From IMG/VR virus record IMGVR_UViG_3300009509_000031, positions 1 through 64,000 of that record: 64,000 nucleotides of DNA; one strand, 5' to 3'. This stretch comes from a virus. A program made the translations under genes and the position numbers. The notes under the pieces were generated by a model. That model did not search any database. It saw only the letters and a program-made list of their open reading frames with translations, and was not told where the DNA came from. Shown here piece after piece: positions 20,277 to 30,099 of this stretch. Numbering within the stretch: the stretch's first letter is position 1; each line of letters starts with the position of its first letter.

Positions 20277-20705
20277 CTACCAATCACCACGTTGCCTTGA
20301 TGGGTGCCTATCTTCATAATAAGCACGAACTAGACTAGCACCACGCTTATCTGGATAGTGGCCCAAATACTTCAATTTAGTAACATAGTAATCAACACTA
20401 CGTTCATTAACACCTTCACCTATTTGAACAATGCGATCCCCTACATCAACCGTTGTTCCAGCCTTCCTAAGATCCTTCGTTAGAAACAACACATAACCAT
20501 CACTTTCAAGCGTTACACCACCAGCTGATGATCTGGGATCGTCTGTCTTACCGTCTGCTATCTGTGCAACAAGCCTGATCGGTTTTAATTGTCGCCTAAC
20601 TTGTCCGATAGGTTCGTGCAAGTTATCATCCATAATAGCCGTGTGATCCTTATCTGACTTTCGCAGATACACAGGAACAGGATGCTGTAACCTTACTCGT
20701 GGCAT
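20277..20705 (-). CDS. Putative head closure (stopper) protein
   Basis: 142 aa, GDRIV motif, position after adaptor. Confidence 0.6.
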   Translation of the reverse strand: MPRVRLQHPVPVYLRKSDKDHTAIMDDNLHEPIGQVRRQLKPIRLVAQIADGKTDDPRSSAGGVTLESDGYVLFLTKDLRKAGTTVDVGDRIVQIGEGVNERSVDYYVTKLKYLGHYPDKRGASLVRAYYEDRHPSRQRGDW

Positions 20706-20708
20706 AGA

Positions 20709-21479
20709 TCACCAAGCCGCAATTTCATAGCCGTATACATCCGCATCAAGGATATCAATTCCAGGATCTGCAAGGAACCGGATCGTTTCCGGTGCTTGAA
20801 TCTCCCATGGCCCACGATATGCCCACAACACGTCTGCAATATCAGCCGGGATCATTTGCCAACGAAGGCTCTTTAACTGTTTCTGTTCCATATACTCTAT
20901 TTCATGCCCATCTGTTTTTTCACGCTTAACAGCAGTAAGAACCTTTCCAGAAGATCCGTCTTCATACTGTTCAAAGTAGTTATCAAGATCAAGAATCACG
21001 AGTTGAATGATCGCATCTTTAATAGGAACAGGTGTTATAAACGAACCCGGATTACTTGGATCTTCATCAACGTACCCCCAAGTTGCAGTAACAAGCTGAT
21101 CAAGACCTTTTACAAACATTCCTGGTGATGTTCGCCATACACTGGCCCTAATAGGTGTCAATTCAATTTTCGGATTAAGCCTATCATCTTGTGGTTGCCG
21201 GTACCCAGTATAAGCCCTGTATTCATCAACCGCTAATGCCGTTGTTTCATCGTTAATCTTAACCGAAGTTACAGATAACAACGGTAAATTAAAATGAAGC
21301 ATACGGCTGTTATTACCATCAAACCTAAGTTCACCTGGTGATAGCTCCCTAAAAATATTACGTGTTAGCTTTTCAACAATCGCTTCCCACTTAACAATAC
21401 GATTATTGATCACAGTTACAGGTGTCCCACTTGGAACACCTTCCTTTAAAATATCTTCCTTAGTAACATAGTATCCCAT
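20709..21479 (-). CDS. Head-tail adaptor/connector
   Basis: Y.T..DI..EG, PL.SVTSVKI, F.KG...V.ATWGY, P.PIK.A, E.TDGH...Y. Confidence 0.75.
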   Translation of the reverse strand: MGYYVTKEDILKEGVPSGTPVTVINNRIVKWEAIVEKLTRNIFRELSPGELRFDGNNSRMLHFNLPLLSVTSVKINDETTALAVDEYRAYTGYRQPQDDRLNPKIELTPIRASVWRTSPGMFVKGLDQLVTATWGYVDEDPSNPGSFITPVPIKDAIIQLVILDLDNYFEQYEDGSSGKVLTAVKREKTDGHEIEYMEQKQLKSLRWQMIPADIADVLWAYRGPWEIQAPETIRFLADPGIDILDADVYGYEIAAW

Positions 21480-21488
21480 AATAGGATC

Positions 21489-21932
21489 CTATTGCTGGCC
21501 AGTGTGAGAGATTCCGCGTTTACCGCCAGTGATATACACTCTAAGTGCAGTTGGGTTACCAGCAAAAGCAGCAACACGCATAAACAACATCCCCTGATTA
21601 ATCTGCACTTCAAAGAATGCACCCGGTGACAACGGCCCGATACTTCCGCCTATTGACAAAATAAATCCGTTATCTTCATCAGTAAAACCAGGAAAGGCAT
21701 TACAACACTTAACTAGTTCAAGGGCAGCTAGTGTTACTGTTGGCGTAGAACCGCCTTCAATAACGACAAACCCTTGAACAGTTTCCCAACCTTTACAATT
21801 AATAGCACCCCTACTATGTAGCTGATAAAGAGTATTAAGATTACCCGAATCCGCAACGGCCGGCGTACCAACCAAAGATCGATGAATCGTATAATGCGGC
21901 TTTGGATGAAGTGTGTTTTGTTTGTGCGGCAT
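21489..21932 (-). CDS. Hypothetical virion protein
   Basis: 147 aa, AGGAG RBS, in structural operon. Confidence 0.55.
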   Translation of the reverse strand: MPHKQNTLHPKPHYTIHRSLVGTPAVADSGNLNTLYQLHSRGAINCKGWETVQGFVVIEGGSTPTVTLAALELVKCCNAFPGFTDEDNGFILSIGGSIGPLSPGAFFEVQINQGMLFMRVAAFAGNPTALRVYITGGKRGISHTGQQ

Positions 21933-21943
21933 TGCCTTAACTC

Positions 21944-22351
21944 CTAACTAGTAGCTCTTGTTATATTAGGCAAGAATTCGATCTTACCGTGAAACGCTGT
22001 TACGATTTCACCGTCATCAAGTTTAATCTGACAATCGTAATCCCAAACACCCTCAAGATCTTCGGTTGTCTTTGCTCCAACACCGACAAACTTAACTACA
22101 ATTTTTCCGTTTGTTGGTTCAGTAATCTCGATCTGTGCTGAATCGCTACTATCAAGTTGTAACTTAGCTTCACTATCAGGCACAATCGGATCATCTTTAA
22201 TAGTAAACCAGATCTTTGTTGCACCTATAAGCTGCAAAGCAATACCACCACGTTGTAACGTAAAACGATGTGAGTAAGAATCACCGGCATGAATAGGTCT
22301 AAAACCCGCCGCAATCAGATCATCTGCCGTTATGTTATATACAACACTCAT
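21944..22351 (-). CDS. BppU-like (Ig-fold) structural protein
   Basis: GDS...F, L.GA.KIWFTIK, G.I.V.F..T.L.G..YD.Q, IT pattern. Confidence 0.6.
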   Translation of the reverse strand: MSVVYNITADDLIAAGFRPIHAGDSYSHRFTLQRGGIALQLIGATKIWFTIKDDPIVPDSEAKLQLDSSDSAQIEITEPTNGKIVVKFVGVGAKTTEDLEGVWDYDCQIKLDDGEIVTAFHGKIEFLPNITRATS

Positions 22352-22704
22352 TAGTTACACCCTTCATCAATATCAATAACAACGTCTGCATCTTCATCGA
22401 TATCAACGGTAACATCCGCGTCTTCACTAATAACAACAATCAATTCACCGTCCGTTAAAATATCGGTAACAACTTCAGCATCCGATCCGATATCAATCGT
22501 TTTACACGCATCAAGCCCCATATCCAGCACCGTATAAGCATCTTCGTTAATTGTTATCAGCGTACACGCATCGGGCCTATCAATAAGAACAACCCAAAGC
22601 GGTTGTGTATCAACGTCACCAGGGGTAAACAAATCCTTCCCAGAAACTTGTCTGGAAAGGTGCAAGGCTTGTGATTCTTCATCATCATATGAATAAAGCC
22701 TCAA
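22351..22704 (-). CDS. Acidic protein with ~8 ten-residue repeats
   Basis: Period-10 xxxDIxxDAx repeats in translation. Confidence 0.55.
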   Translation of the reverse strand: MRLYSYDDEESQALHLSRQVSGKDLFTPGDVDTQPLWVVLIDRPDACTLITINEDAYTVLDMGLDACKTIDIGSDAEVVTDILTDGELIVVISEDADVTVDIDEDADVVIDIDEGCN

Positions 22705-22708
22705 CTGC

Positions 22709-23410
22709 TTACCCTATGGTAAAGGGTGCTTTTGCACCGTCAACAACTCCCGATATCCCCGGCACAGTTAACGCCGGTTTTGCATAGTAAATCGTGTTTG
22801 CCAACAATCCCGGAGTTGCCTGTTGTACTTTAAATATACCCTGTGCATCAGGACTAACGGCAACCATCGTAAATTGTAAAACACCATCCGCGTCATACCA
22901 ACCAACAGCCAAACCACCTGCCGCATCTTGTACTTGATTTTTCCATTCAACCCAAACAAGCCCGGTCAAAACATCACTTGACGGATTGTAACTATAGCTT
23001 TGTTTTATAACCAAATCACGAGTAAGCAGCGTATTAACCCAGCCACTAATTTTAATTTCATCACCAACAGGCAACCCAACAGCATCAAAACCGCCATCTT
23101 GTACTGCTTCAACTTGCAGAGAATCCCCGTCTAATATATTTGTAATCGCAGCAGTATCAACAACAACTCTATAATCACCAGGTGCACCAATCGGATCAAC
23201 TTCAGCCATTGACTGTAACAACGTTGCTACAAGCGATCTGTCTTTAAACGTCAAGTCAGCCCAATCAAGAAATTGCAAAATTGATGTGCCTGGAATAACG
23301 CGCCAAATTCTAGCTTTAATATTTGATTTACCGGTTAGAGGTTCCCCTAATTGGTCCTTAACTAGAACAACAACAGGTTCAGTATCCCCTAATGCGATAA
23401 CGGATCCCAT
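22709..23410 (-). CDS. Hypothetical virion protein
   Basis: 233 aa in structural operon. Confidence 0.55.
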   Translation of the reverse strand: MGSVIALGDTEPVVVLVKDQLGEPLTGKSNIKARIWRVIPGTSILQFLDWADLTFKDRSLVATLLQSMAEVDPIGAPGDYRVVVDTAAITNILDGDSLQVEAVQDGGFDAVGLPVGDEIKISGWVNTLLTRDLVIKQSYSYNPSSDVLTGLVWVEWKNQVQDAAGGLAVGWYDADGVLQFTMVAVSPDAQGIFKVQQATPGLLANTIYYAKPALTVPGISGVVDGAKAPFTIG

Positions 23411-23411
23411 A

Positions 23412-23639
23412 TCATTCTCTGTACTGTGGCCAAAAAAAGTGTCCCATCAACACACCAAACCCGCACGGAATGATCGGATGCTTACTTACAAATAGCATCA
23501 CCGCACTAATCGTATCCCCGTCATCACCACACAAAGCAACGTAAATATCCCAAGCAATAAGCAGCACAGCAACAACGATCAAAATGCTTATTGTAACTTT
23601 TTTCTTAGTGGTCATTTCAAAACTACCTGTTATCAACAA
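23412..23639 (-). CDS. Small two-TM membrane protein (holin candidate)
   Basis: Basic N-terminus MTTKKK plus two hydrophobic segments; true start probably the internal ATG. Confidence 0.5.
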   Translation of the reverse strand: MLITGSFEMTTKKKVTISILIVVAVLLIAWDIYVALCGDDGDTISAVMLFVSKHPIIPCGFGVLMGHFFWPQYRE

Positions 23640-24195
23640 CCGCGTTTACTTCTGCAATAGTTGTTGCAGCCCTAACCTGATCCTTCAAAGTTGTTCCTGA
23701 ATCAACGTGTGTACGGTATGTTCCAACAGCTGTTAGATAAAAACCAAGCACCGTTGCAGAATCTGGAATTGAATACGTATCACTGTCATCAATCGTATTC
23801 CATTTGATCGGGTAAACCACATTTTCATCATCCCTAACTTGGTTAATCCCCATCAAACGTGATTGAGCATTTTGAGAAAGTGAAAATTGCTTACTAGCAA
23901 ACGTAAACCCAGAAGCTATTAGTTCATCTGTTCTGGCATCAACTTCCGCAAACTTTGCTTTTTTAGCTTCAACTAAAGATTCCACTAAAGTCTGTGTTGT
24001 GTGCGAGTAGTACCAACCACCTTTTGGTTGTACCGGAACATAACTCCCAACATCAAGCCCAACATAATCTTCTGGATCAAGTGCGGGATCGTAGCTGTTA
24101 CAAAAAGCTGTGATTGCTTCAGCAACAGAAACCGCCGATCTGAATTCTTCAACTTTAACTTCACCAACACCATCAGGTGCAATTGCAACAATCAT
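23623..24195 (-). CDS. Fibre assembly chaperone-like protein (DUF4376-like C-terminus)
   Basis: L.EAK.AK..EVD.....I..GF, W.T.D, LKDQV.AATT..EV.AV. Confidence 0.7.
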   Translation of the reverse strand: MIVAIAPDGVGEVKVEEFRSAVSVAEAITAFCNSYDPALDPEDYVGLDVGSYVPVQPKGGWYYSHTTQTLVESLVEAKKAKFAEVDARTDELIASGFTFASKQFSLSQNAQSRLMGINQVRDDENVVYPIKWNTIDDSDTYSIPDSATVLGFYLTAVGTYRTHVDSGTTLKDQVRAATTIAEVNAVVDNR

Positions 24196-24204
24196 TGATC
24201 ACCC

Positions 24205-25389
24205 CTAACCAATGTATACTTCTATAATTGAATACCCTGGTGATGTTCCACTATCATACTCAACAGCAACCCTATCACCAATTGATACAGAAATATCTAG
24301 CGTGTTGTCATACCCTTGTGAACCAGTAAGCGTTACACTGTCCTGTACAACACCGTTAACCAAAATTTTAAGCACCGTGCTAGAGCTTCCGCCATCCGTG
24401 ATCCATGTTAAGCATTTAATCGTTCCACCAACCGGCACAACAATTTGGCAACTCTCATCTAGGGATGTTCCCATATTAATGGAATAGTACCCGTGTGCAG
24501 CATAATATCTACCTGTTACATTAGCTGCACCACCAAAAGACAAGCTGTACCCAATACCGCTTGGTGGCACTTGCCACGATCCATCCCCCCTTAGATATTC
24601 AGACGTTTCATCTGACAAAGTTGGCAAAAACCCTGCAGCACTAGATGTAGCTAAAGAATGCAGCGATCCGCCGGCTTGGTTCCCGTGTGAATGAACATGA
24701 TTTGAAGAACTTGCTTCAGCTCTATTACCAGCATCGGCAGTACCTAGCGGTTCTGGTGTATTCGTAAAATCAACATGCCTGCAGCTTCCAACAAACGTCA
24801 ACAAATGCCCGTCAGTATCATCAGAGTTAAGAACAGCTGCAACCCTTTGTGTTGAGCTAGGGCCTGATGGTGCAGTATTTGTTAATCCACCGGCAACGGA
24901 TGCTGAAACATACATGCAATCACCGGCAGACCAAGTGCTAGTGTCCATATGAATCACGCCGACAACAAGAAACGATCCAGTTACAGTATCCGTTGCCTCA
25001 ACATTCACAATACCAATTGCTGGCATTGTTGTTTCAGAATCTGCTTTTGCCTTTTCAACTAATGCGTAGTCACTAGTATGGTTGTATCCAACACCGTAAA
25101 TAACGGTACCAACCGGCAAGGTTCCTGCAGAGTTCTTACGACAATTAATTTGGACCTTATTTAGATCGTCGTTTACTGCAGCGTTACCAACATCTTTCCA
25201 AGTAATCGGATCGTGGTCTACAAGTATGTAATGCCGAAAATCACTAAGTTGGATAGCGATCTTATATGTGTCATCAGCGTCAAACCCAGTTGCAGCTAAT
25301 CTAGCTGCTTCATTTGCGTATTCATACGCAACAAATCCGTGTACACCCTGTGCTAGTGTTTGTTTGCTGTGCTTTGCGTTGGACATCAC
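24205..25389 (-). CDS. Fibre/decoration protein with cement-like domain
   Basis: A.AD...TMPAIG.V, DTS.W..GD..YVS...G.LT.T.P, HVHSH, YLRGDGSW. Confidence 0.6.
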   Translation of the reverse strand: MMSNAKHSKQTLAQGVHGFVAYEYANEAARLAATGFDADDTYKIAIQLSDFRHYILVDHDPITWKDVGNAAVNDDLNKVQINCRKNSAGTLPVGTVIYGVGYNHTSDYALVEKAKADSETTMPAIGIVNVEATDTVTGSFLVVGVIHMDTSTWSAGDCMYVSASVAGGLTNTAPSGPSSTQRVAAVLNSDDTDGHLLTFVGSCRHVDFTNTPEPLGTADAGNRAEASSSNHVHSHGNQAGGSLHSLATSSAAGFLPTLSDETSEYLRGDGSWQVPPSGIGYSLSFGGAANVTGRYYAAHGYYSINMGTSLDESCQIVVPVGGTIKCLTWITDGGSSSTVLKILVNGVVQDSVTLTGSQGYDNTLDISVSIGDRVAVEYDSGTSPGYSIIEVYIG

Positions 25390-25785
25390 TTACCCCACAA
25401 TAATATGAATCCCATCGTTGTTAACAAGCCAGCCATAATCACTTGTAACAGGGAGTTCAACTGTAAACGTCGATCCGTCTTTTGAATACAGCACTTCACC
25501 AACTTGTGAAGCAGACGGCAACGATCCGCCACTTGCAAGTTGTGTTAACGTATGTGGCCCGGTGTTCTTATCCATAAGCTTTAAATCATCCCCGTCCCGC
25601 GCAACCCACACATCCTCATCAACCGGACCACCTTCAACCTGGCAGTACATACCTCTTGCAGAAATCGCGTCTTCTGTTGGATCAATTTCACCCGGTGCAG
25701 GAAAATCTTCTTCTGTTCCCCCCTTACCCGGTGATTCAAACTTAGCTACTTGAACACGATCTGTATTACTGCCAGGAATTGACAT
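25390..25785 (-). CDS. Hypothetical virion protein
   Basis: 131 aa, GGAG RBS, in structural block. Confidence 0.55.
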   Translation of the reverse strand: MSIPGSNTDRVQVAKFESPGKGGTEEDFPAPGEIDPTEDAISARGMYCQVEGGPVDEDVWVARDGDDLKLMDKNTGPHTLTQLASGGSLPSASQVGEVLYSKDGSTFTVELPVTSDYGWLVNNDGIHIIVG

Positions 25786-25809
25786 TACAACTCCAAAAAC
25801 AAAACAAGT

Positions 25810-25856
25810 AGACTGCCGGTTAGGTTACTAAACACTGTAAACCTAACCGGCAGTCT
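25810..25856 (-). terminator. Rho-independent terminator
   Basis: Perfect 17-bp stem AGACTGCCGGTTAGGTT/AACCTAACCGGCAGTCT followed by U-rich tract on minus strand. Confidence 0.8.
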
Positions 25857-25868
25857 TTAAGCTAAGAG

Positions 25869-27275
25869 CTAAGCAAGCTGCCTACCGTAATCTTGAATCT
25901 GCACATCAAGATCCGTTCCGTTGACAGCAAACCCCATTCTTACAATGTATCCCGGCTTAGGAATAGCCGCTTGCAACACCAAAGCACCGCTAGTGCCGAG
26001 GTAATAAGGCGTGTTTACAGTAGCGGAAGTTAGCACACTGGCACAAACACCATGCTTAACAACTTCACTGGTTCCCGGATTCGCTGCACCACCAGTTCTG
26101 GCAACCCCGATAGCTTGGGAGTTTGCAGCCGTTCCGTTATCAGCATGTGTTACTTCATTGTTCGTACCAGACCACCTAACAGCCCTACCTGTTGTTACAG
26201 ACGTATTATTCAAATGCGTATGTTCAATACGTTGTGCTTCTTCAACAGACGTAATGTTGTGCGTATGCAAAGCATCGGCATTTGACGTGTCTGTAAGCGT
26301 ATCCAGATTAGCAGCCGTTACCGTTGAACCAACAGCAACATCATTAATCTTAAACAAGCTTGGTAGACCAACAACCTTCAACCCGTCACCATCAACATCA
26401 AGAGTATCTGGCGTATCATCAATCTCAATTTCCAAACCAGACGTTCCGATAATAATACCGTGTGCACCGTCAACCTTTGCTTGCAACTCTTGATCTGGTG
26501 ATGTTCCAACAAGTTCAAGACCGGAGTTAGCAGACAGATCAATACCAACGTAGTCTGTTGGGTTTTCAGTAATACCATTACCAAGCCTTACATCAAGTGT
26601 GTTACCAGTCTTCAACAGACCAACACCTGCAATGATCTGGCCGGCACCACTGAACTGAACCCATTCCGGTGTACTAGTGTCATACACCCAAGCCGTATTT
26701 TCGTAATAGTCTGTTTCACCGTTAATCAGTACCGCCCACCCATCAGACGGATCTTGAAATGTCCAACCGGTTCCAGAAACGTAAACGGCAATATCAAGCC
26801 CATGGCCATTAAACGATCCACCAGATCCAGGGGCAGCATCAACAACAACTCGCGCACCATCAGCCGGATTCCCACCACTACCGGCAAGGATCAAACTCCA
26901 CGCCGATCCATTCCAACCAACAATATCCCCAACACTAAAACCAGACCAAGCACCCGTTGCTGAATCTACAACATACGCATCACCAGCATCACCAGATCCC
27001 AAAGTTGGCGGACCGCCGGCAGCATCATCAACCATACGCAATGTCAAACAAGGCGGCTTCCAATTAAGACCAGTAATTTGGTTATCAACATAAGCCTTAC
27101 TTGTTGCTGCACTATCGCTTGTTGGTGTTGACGGCAATCCTGTAACCTCATTGCCAGCCATAACGATATCACCAGACATCGTAAGGCCACCAAGTGCTAG
27201 CTCGTCATCCGTTGCTTGTTCGTGCATCCTTAGTTCCGTCGGATGCAGATACATAAACTTTTTCAATCCGGCCAT
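25869..27275 (-). CDS. Head fibre/decoration protein with C-terminal cement-like domain
   Basis: DAATSKAYVD..I.GL.WK, W.QFSGAGQI.AG.GL.K.GNTLDV, ADALHTH, AIGVA..YYLG.G.L. Confidence 0.65.
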   Translation of the reverse strand: MAGLKKFMYLHPTELRMHEQATDDELALGGLTMSGDIVMAGNEVTGLPSTPTSDSAATSKAYVDNQITGLNWKPPCLTLRMVDDAAGGPPTLGSGDAGDAYVVDSATGAWSGFSVGDIVGWNGSAWSLILAGSGGNPADGARVVVDAAPGSGGSFNGHGLDIAVYVSGTGWTFQDPSDGWAVLINGETDYYENTAWVYDTSTPEWVQFSGAGQIIAGVGLLKTGNTLDVRLGNGITENPTDYVGIDLSANSGLELVGTSPDQELQAKVDGAHGIIIGTSGLEIEIDDTPDTLDVDGDGLKVVGLPSLFKINDVAVGSTVTAANLDTLTDTSNADALHTHNITSVEEAQRIEHTHLNNTSVTTGRAVRWSGTNNEVTHADNGTAANSQAIGVARTGGAANPGTSEVVKHGVCASVLTSATVNTPYYLGTSGALVLQAAIPKPGYIVRMGFAVNGTDLDVQIQDYGRQLA

Positions 27276-27308
27276 GGTTATTCGCTCCTATGTTTACTAC
27301 TAAACGTG

Positions 27309-27764
27309 TTAAGTGCCGGCTTGTTTTTCACCATCCGGCGTTTTATCAATCCCATCCGTAGCCGCCACAGAATCATCATGCTTTAGTTCTTCAAGCGGAA
27401 AAATTGTACCATCCGCTTGAAGAGCAACTTTAGTCCAGTCAATACCATACGTATTTGACATTTCAGCTAGAGTTGAGTTGTATCTAACCTCCATATCTCG
27501 CAACTTATTTGCAAAACTCGCAATAACCTGTTTAAAGCTTTCTTGCTTGCGAATCATTTCCAATCGCCACAACTCAAAAGCTGTCCGCTGTTCTGCAAGC
27601 TTATTCTTTGCGGCATTAACTTCAGATTCAAAAAACAATAGTTTATAGTGATCCAAATCAGGCAACTTCTTATGAAACCCGTCTGAAGCAACTTCCAACC
27701 CGGTTGAATTACCGTCTTTAGATGTACGGCCCTTGCTCTTTCCCTTACTAGATTTCTTTACCAT
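27309..27764 (-). CDS. Coiled-coil hypothetical protein
   Basis: 151 aa with helical heptad pattern. Confidence 0.55.
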   Translation of the reverse strand: MVKKSSKGKSKGRTSKDGNSTGLEVASDGFHKKLPDLDHYKLLFFESEVNAAKNKLAEQRTAFELWRLEMIRKQESFKQVIASFANKLRDMEVRYNSTLAEMSNTYGIDWTKVALQADGTIFPLEELKHDDSVAATDGIDKTPDGEKQAGT

Positions 27765-27765
27765 T

Positions 27766-28185
27766 TTATGATCCCTCGCGTCTTACTGGTTCACCTGGAT
27801 TAATCAACAGAACATCAGAAGCTATAGCTAATCCTATTTGTTGTAATACTCGCTTTATTCCAAATGTAGGTGGTGCCGGTGTTTCAGTAGGTCTTGAATT
27901 CGTACCGACAAAAAGTGTTGCACCTGGTGTCATACCAAAAAACGTATTATTCAATTCCCCAAATGTTCTTACTACACACTCTGTAGGATCATCCTTTGAT
28001 TGTATCACACCAAAGGTAACGGCTTTCTTTATATCTACGCTATCAACGTCAACCTTTGTTACCTGATATATCCTACCAACACGATCACCCATTATATAAA
28101 CACAGTCACCAACAGCGTCAGTAGAAAAGCAGTAGGCCCTTATAACTGACGATGCTACACCATGGCCAGTAGGTGATAACCGCAT
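27766..28185 (-). CDS. Cement/decoration-like protein
   Basis: VGD.VY, G.I.K...C.V...G, GMTPGA.LFVG, Q.IG.A..D.L.I.P. Confidence 0.6.
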   Translation of the reverse strand: MRLSPTGHGVASSVIRAYCFSTDAVGDCVYIMGDRVGRIYQVTKVDVDSVDIKKAVTFGVIQSKDDPTECVVRTFGELNNTFFGMTPGATLFVGTNSRPTETPAPPTFGIKRVLQQIGLAIASDVLLINPGEPVRREGS

Positions 28186-28532
28186 TACGATCCCCTGTAA
28201 TTGGGGCTAAACCTCTGAAAACCTATTTTCGTTAAATCACACCTTGTAAGCTTGCTAGTAAAAGTCCTGGTTATACTCAATCGAATATCGCCAATCTGTG
28301 AATATATTCTTTCTGCTACTGGCGATCCATTATTGCTAACCAGTTCAACACCAAAAACTGGCCGCACACGAAACTTCTTTGGTGTTGGTAATACGTGTTG
28401 CGATCCGTCAAATAGGATCGATAGTGCCGTTACTTTGTTCGATTGGATAAGCGAAAAAATACGGTTAAGAGATTCTGGATCCCTTAACTCGAAAGTGTGA
28501 GTTGCACCAGAACTTGTATTCACAACAACCAT
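28185..28532 (-). CDS. Hypothetical protein
   Basis: 115 aa, stop/start overlap with next gene. Confidence 0.55.
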   Translation of the reverse strand: MVVVNTSSGATHTFELRDPESLNRIFSLIQSNKVTALSILFDGSQHVLPTPKKFRVRPVFGVELVSNNGSPVAERIYSQIGDIRLSITRTFTSKLTRCDLTKIGFQRFSPNYRGS

Positions 28533-28565
28533 TCATCATATACGAGCTTAAAAGGTGTTTAGAAT

Positions 28566-28826
28566 TTACTTATCCTTTTTTACCTTGTTCTTAAACTTAG
28601 GTACAGCTTCAACCTCAACAACCTTAGTTGCCCGGTTCTTTTCCTTTGCCGTCAACTTTTGCTTAGCAGGCTTATCTTCCTCAAGAACCCTTACACTGAA
28701 ACCTGCAGTTGCTTGACACTTTTTAATAACAGCCGAATCTGTTACGGGCTTAGTAACACCACGATTAAATTTCATAGCCTTAATGCGGTAACTAGCACCG
28801 GCATTATACGTAATCTCTGCTTTCAT
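28566..28826 (-). CDS. Small basic protein after MCP
   Basis: ATG at 28826 behind AGGAG (track start 28868 is inside the hairpin); Lys-rich tail. Confidence 0.6.
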   Translation of the reverse strand: MKAEITYNAGASYRIKAMKFNRGVTKPVTDSAVIKKCQATAGFSVRVLEEDKPAKQKLTAKEKNRATKVVEVEAVPKFKNKVKKDK

Positions 28827-28855
28827 TTTATTATTCTCCTTAGTAATAGGTTGTT

Positions 28856-28881
28856 GGGATAGTGCCACTTAACACTATCCC
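28856..28881 (-). terminator. Hairpin after major capsid gene
   Basis: GGGATAGTG-N8-CACTATCCC with extendable flanks. Confidence 0.6.
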
Positions 28882-28899
28882 CCAATTCCTAAACTTTAA

Positions 28900-30099
28900 T
28901 TAAGCAGCTGGAACCGCGAGATTCTTGACAAGTACAACAGCATCAGTTTCTTCAAAAGTACAAAATACTTTTGCAGAAACCGCATACTCTGTAGTACCCC
29001 GAAAAATATTTCTCTGAGATTCAACCCGGATCTCTCTTCCGAGGCAAATGATCAAATTACTCGGCGGGGTAAGAAGCATCATACCACCGGCACGATACGT
29101 AACCTTTACAGTTTGTCCGGCACCGATCGCACCACCACCAAGCCTAGTCCAAGTACCGTTAGCGTAATCAACACTATAATCGGTACCCTCAATATAGGCA
29201 GCTGCAGGATTATCAGCAAGCGTTGTAGGCGTGATAACAACCTCACTAATAGGACCATAGGTCAACCCAGTTGCCGTTGTTCCATCGTTATTGGCTACAG
29301 AGTTTTCACAAACAAGCGGTTCGGGATTCAACAAACTAACAGGAACAAGTTCAACACCAAAAGCAGGAACGTTGCCAGTAGCAGCAAGCGCACTATCACC
29401 AGACATAGTTGCCCTAGTGCTAACAGACTCCCTATAAACCTGTTCGTGATCCCAAGAAAGCCAGAACTTCAGATTAGCCTTGTTCTTCTTAAACTTGTTA
29501 GGCATAGCCTGAATAGCCCTGCTAGCAATAGCCGGCCCCATCGGCTCATTCTCTGCATCCACAACATGCCCAGCAAGTGCAGCTTTAAGCCACCCATTGA
29601 ACATACCAAGATAGCTATCCTTCACGTACAGAGTTTCCGATCCGCCTTCAAGCAGTTCACTTTCAAGCTGTGCAGGACCAACCGTGTTCCCATCCCAAAA
29701 CAGCTCTTCAATGTTGTTACTGAAACGGGTAGCCATCAACTTGACGATCCGATCCTCAACATCATCACCTTCAATGTTCTCTTCTTTTACGATATCCCCG
29801 ATTTCAAAGGGAACCATAATTTCGTGGTGTTCAAGTGTAACCTTGCTAGTTTGCACACCACGTCTAACACCCGGATCCGTTGCTTCAGCTTTTGGAACAG
29901 CAACACGATTTGCAACGTTGATCTTTTCAATCAATCGTTGGGCAGCTCTAAACCGAATCAGCCTAGCACGATCCATCATACTAGACTCATCCATAACATA
30001 ATCAACGAATCGGTTAGACTGTTCCGGTTCCAACAGACCAGCATTGGCCATATTGGCGGTAGTGATTGCGGCTTTTGCCAAAAGTTCTTGGTTGGTCAT
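28900..30099 (-). CDS. Major capsid protein (HK97 fold)
   Basis: GLL.PEQS.RF.D.V, E.NIEG...ED.I, F.GWLK, A...MPNKFK, EETDAVV; GGAG RBS. Confidence 0.95.
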   Translation of the reverse strand: MTNQELLAKAAITTANMANAGLLEPEQSNRFVDYVMDESSMMDRARLIRFRAAQRLIEKINVANRVAVPKAEATDPGVRRGVQTSKVTLEHHEIMVPFEIGDIVKEENIEGDDVEDRIVKLMATRFSNNIEELFWDGNTVGPAQLESELLEGGSETLYVKDSYLGMFNGWLKAALAGHVVDAENEPMGPAIASRAIQAMPNKFKKNKANLKFWLSWDHEQVYRESVSTRATMSGDSALAATGNVPAFGVELVPVSLLNPEPLVCENSVANNDGTTATGLTYGPISEVVITPTTLADNPAAAYIEGTDYSVDYANGTWTRLGGGAIGAGQTVKVTYRAGGMMLLTPPSNLIICLGREIRVESQRNIFRGTTEYAVSAKVFCTFEETDAVVLVKNLAVPAA

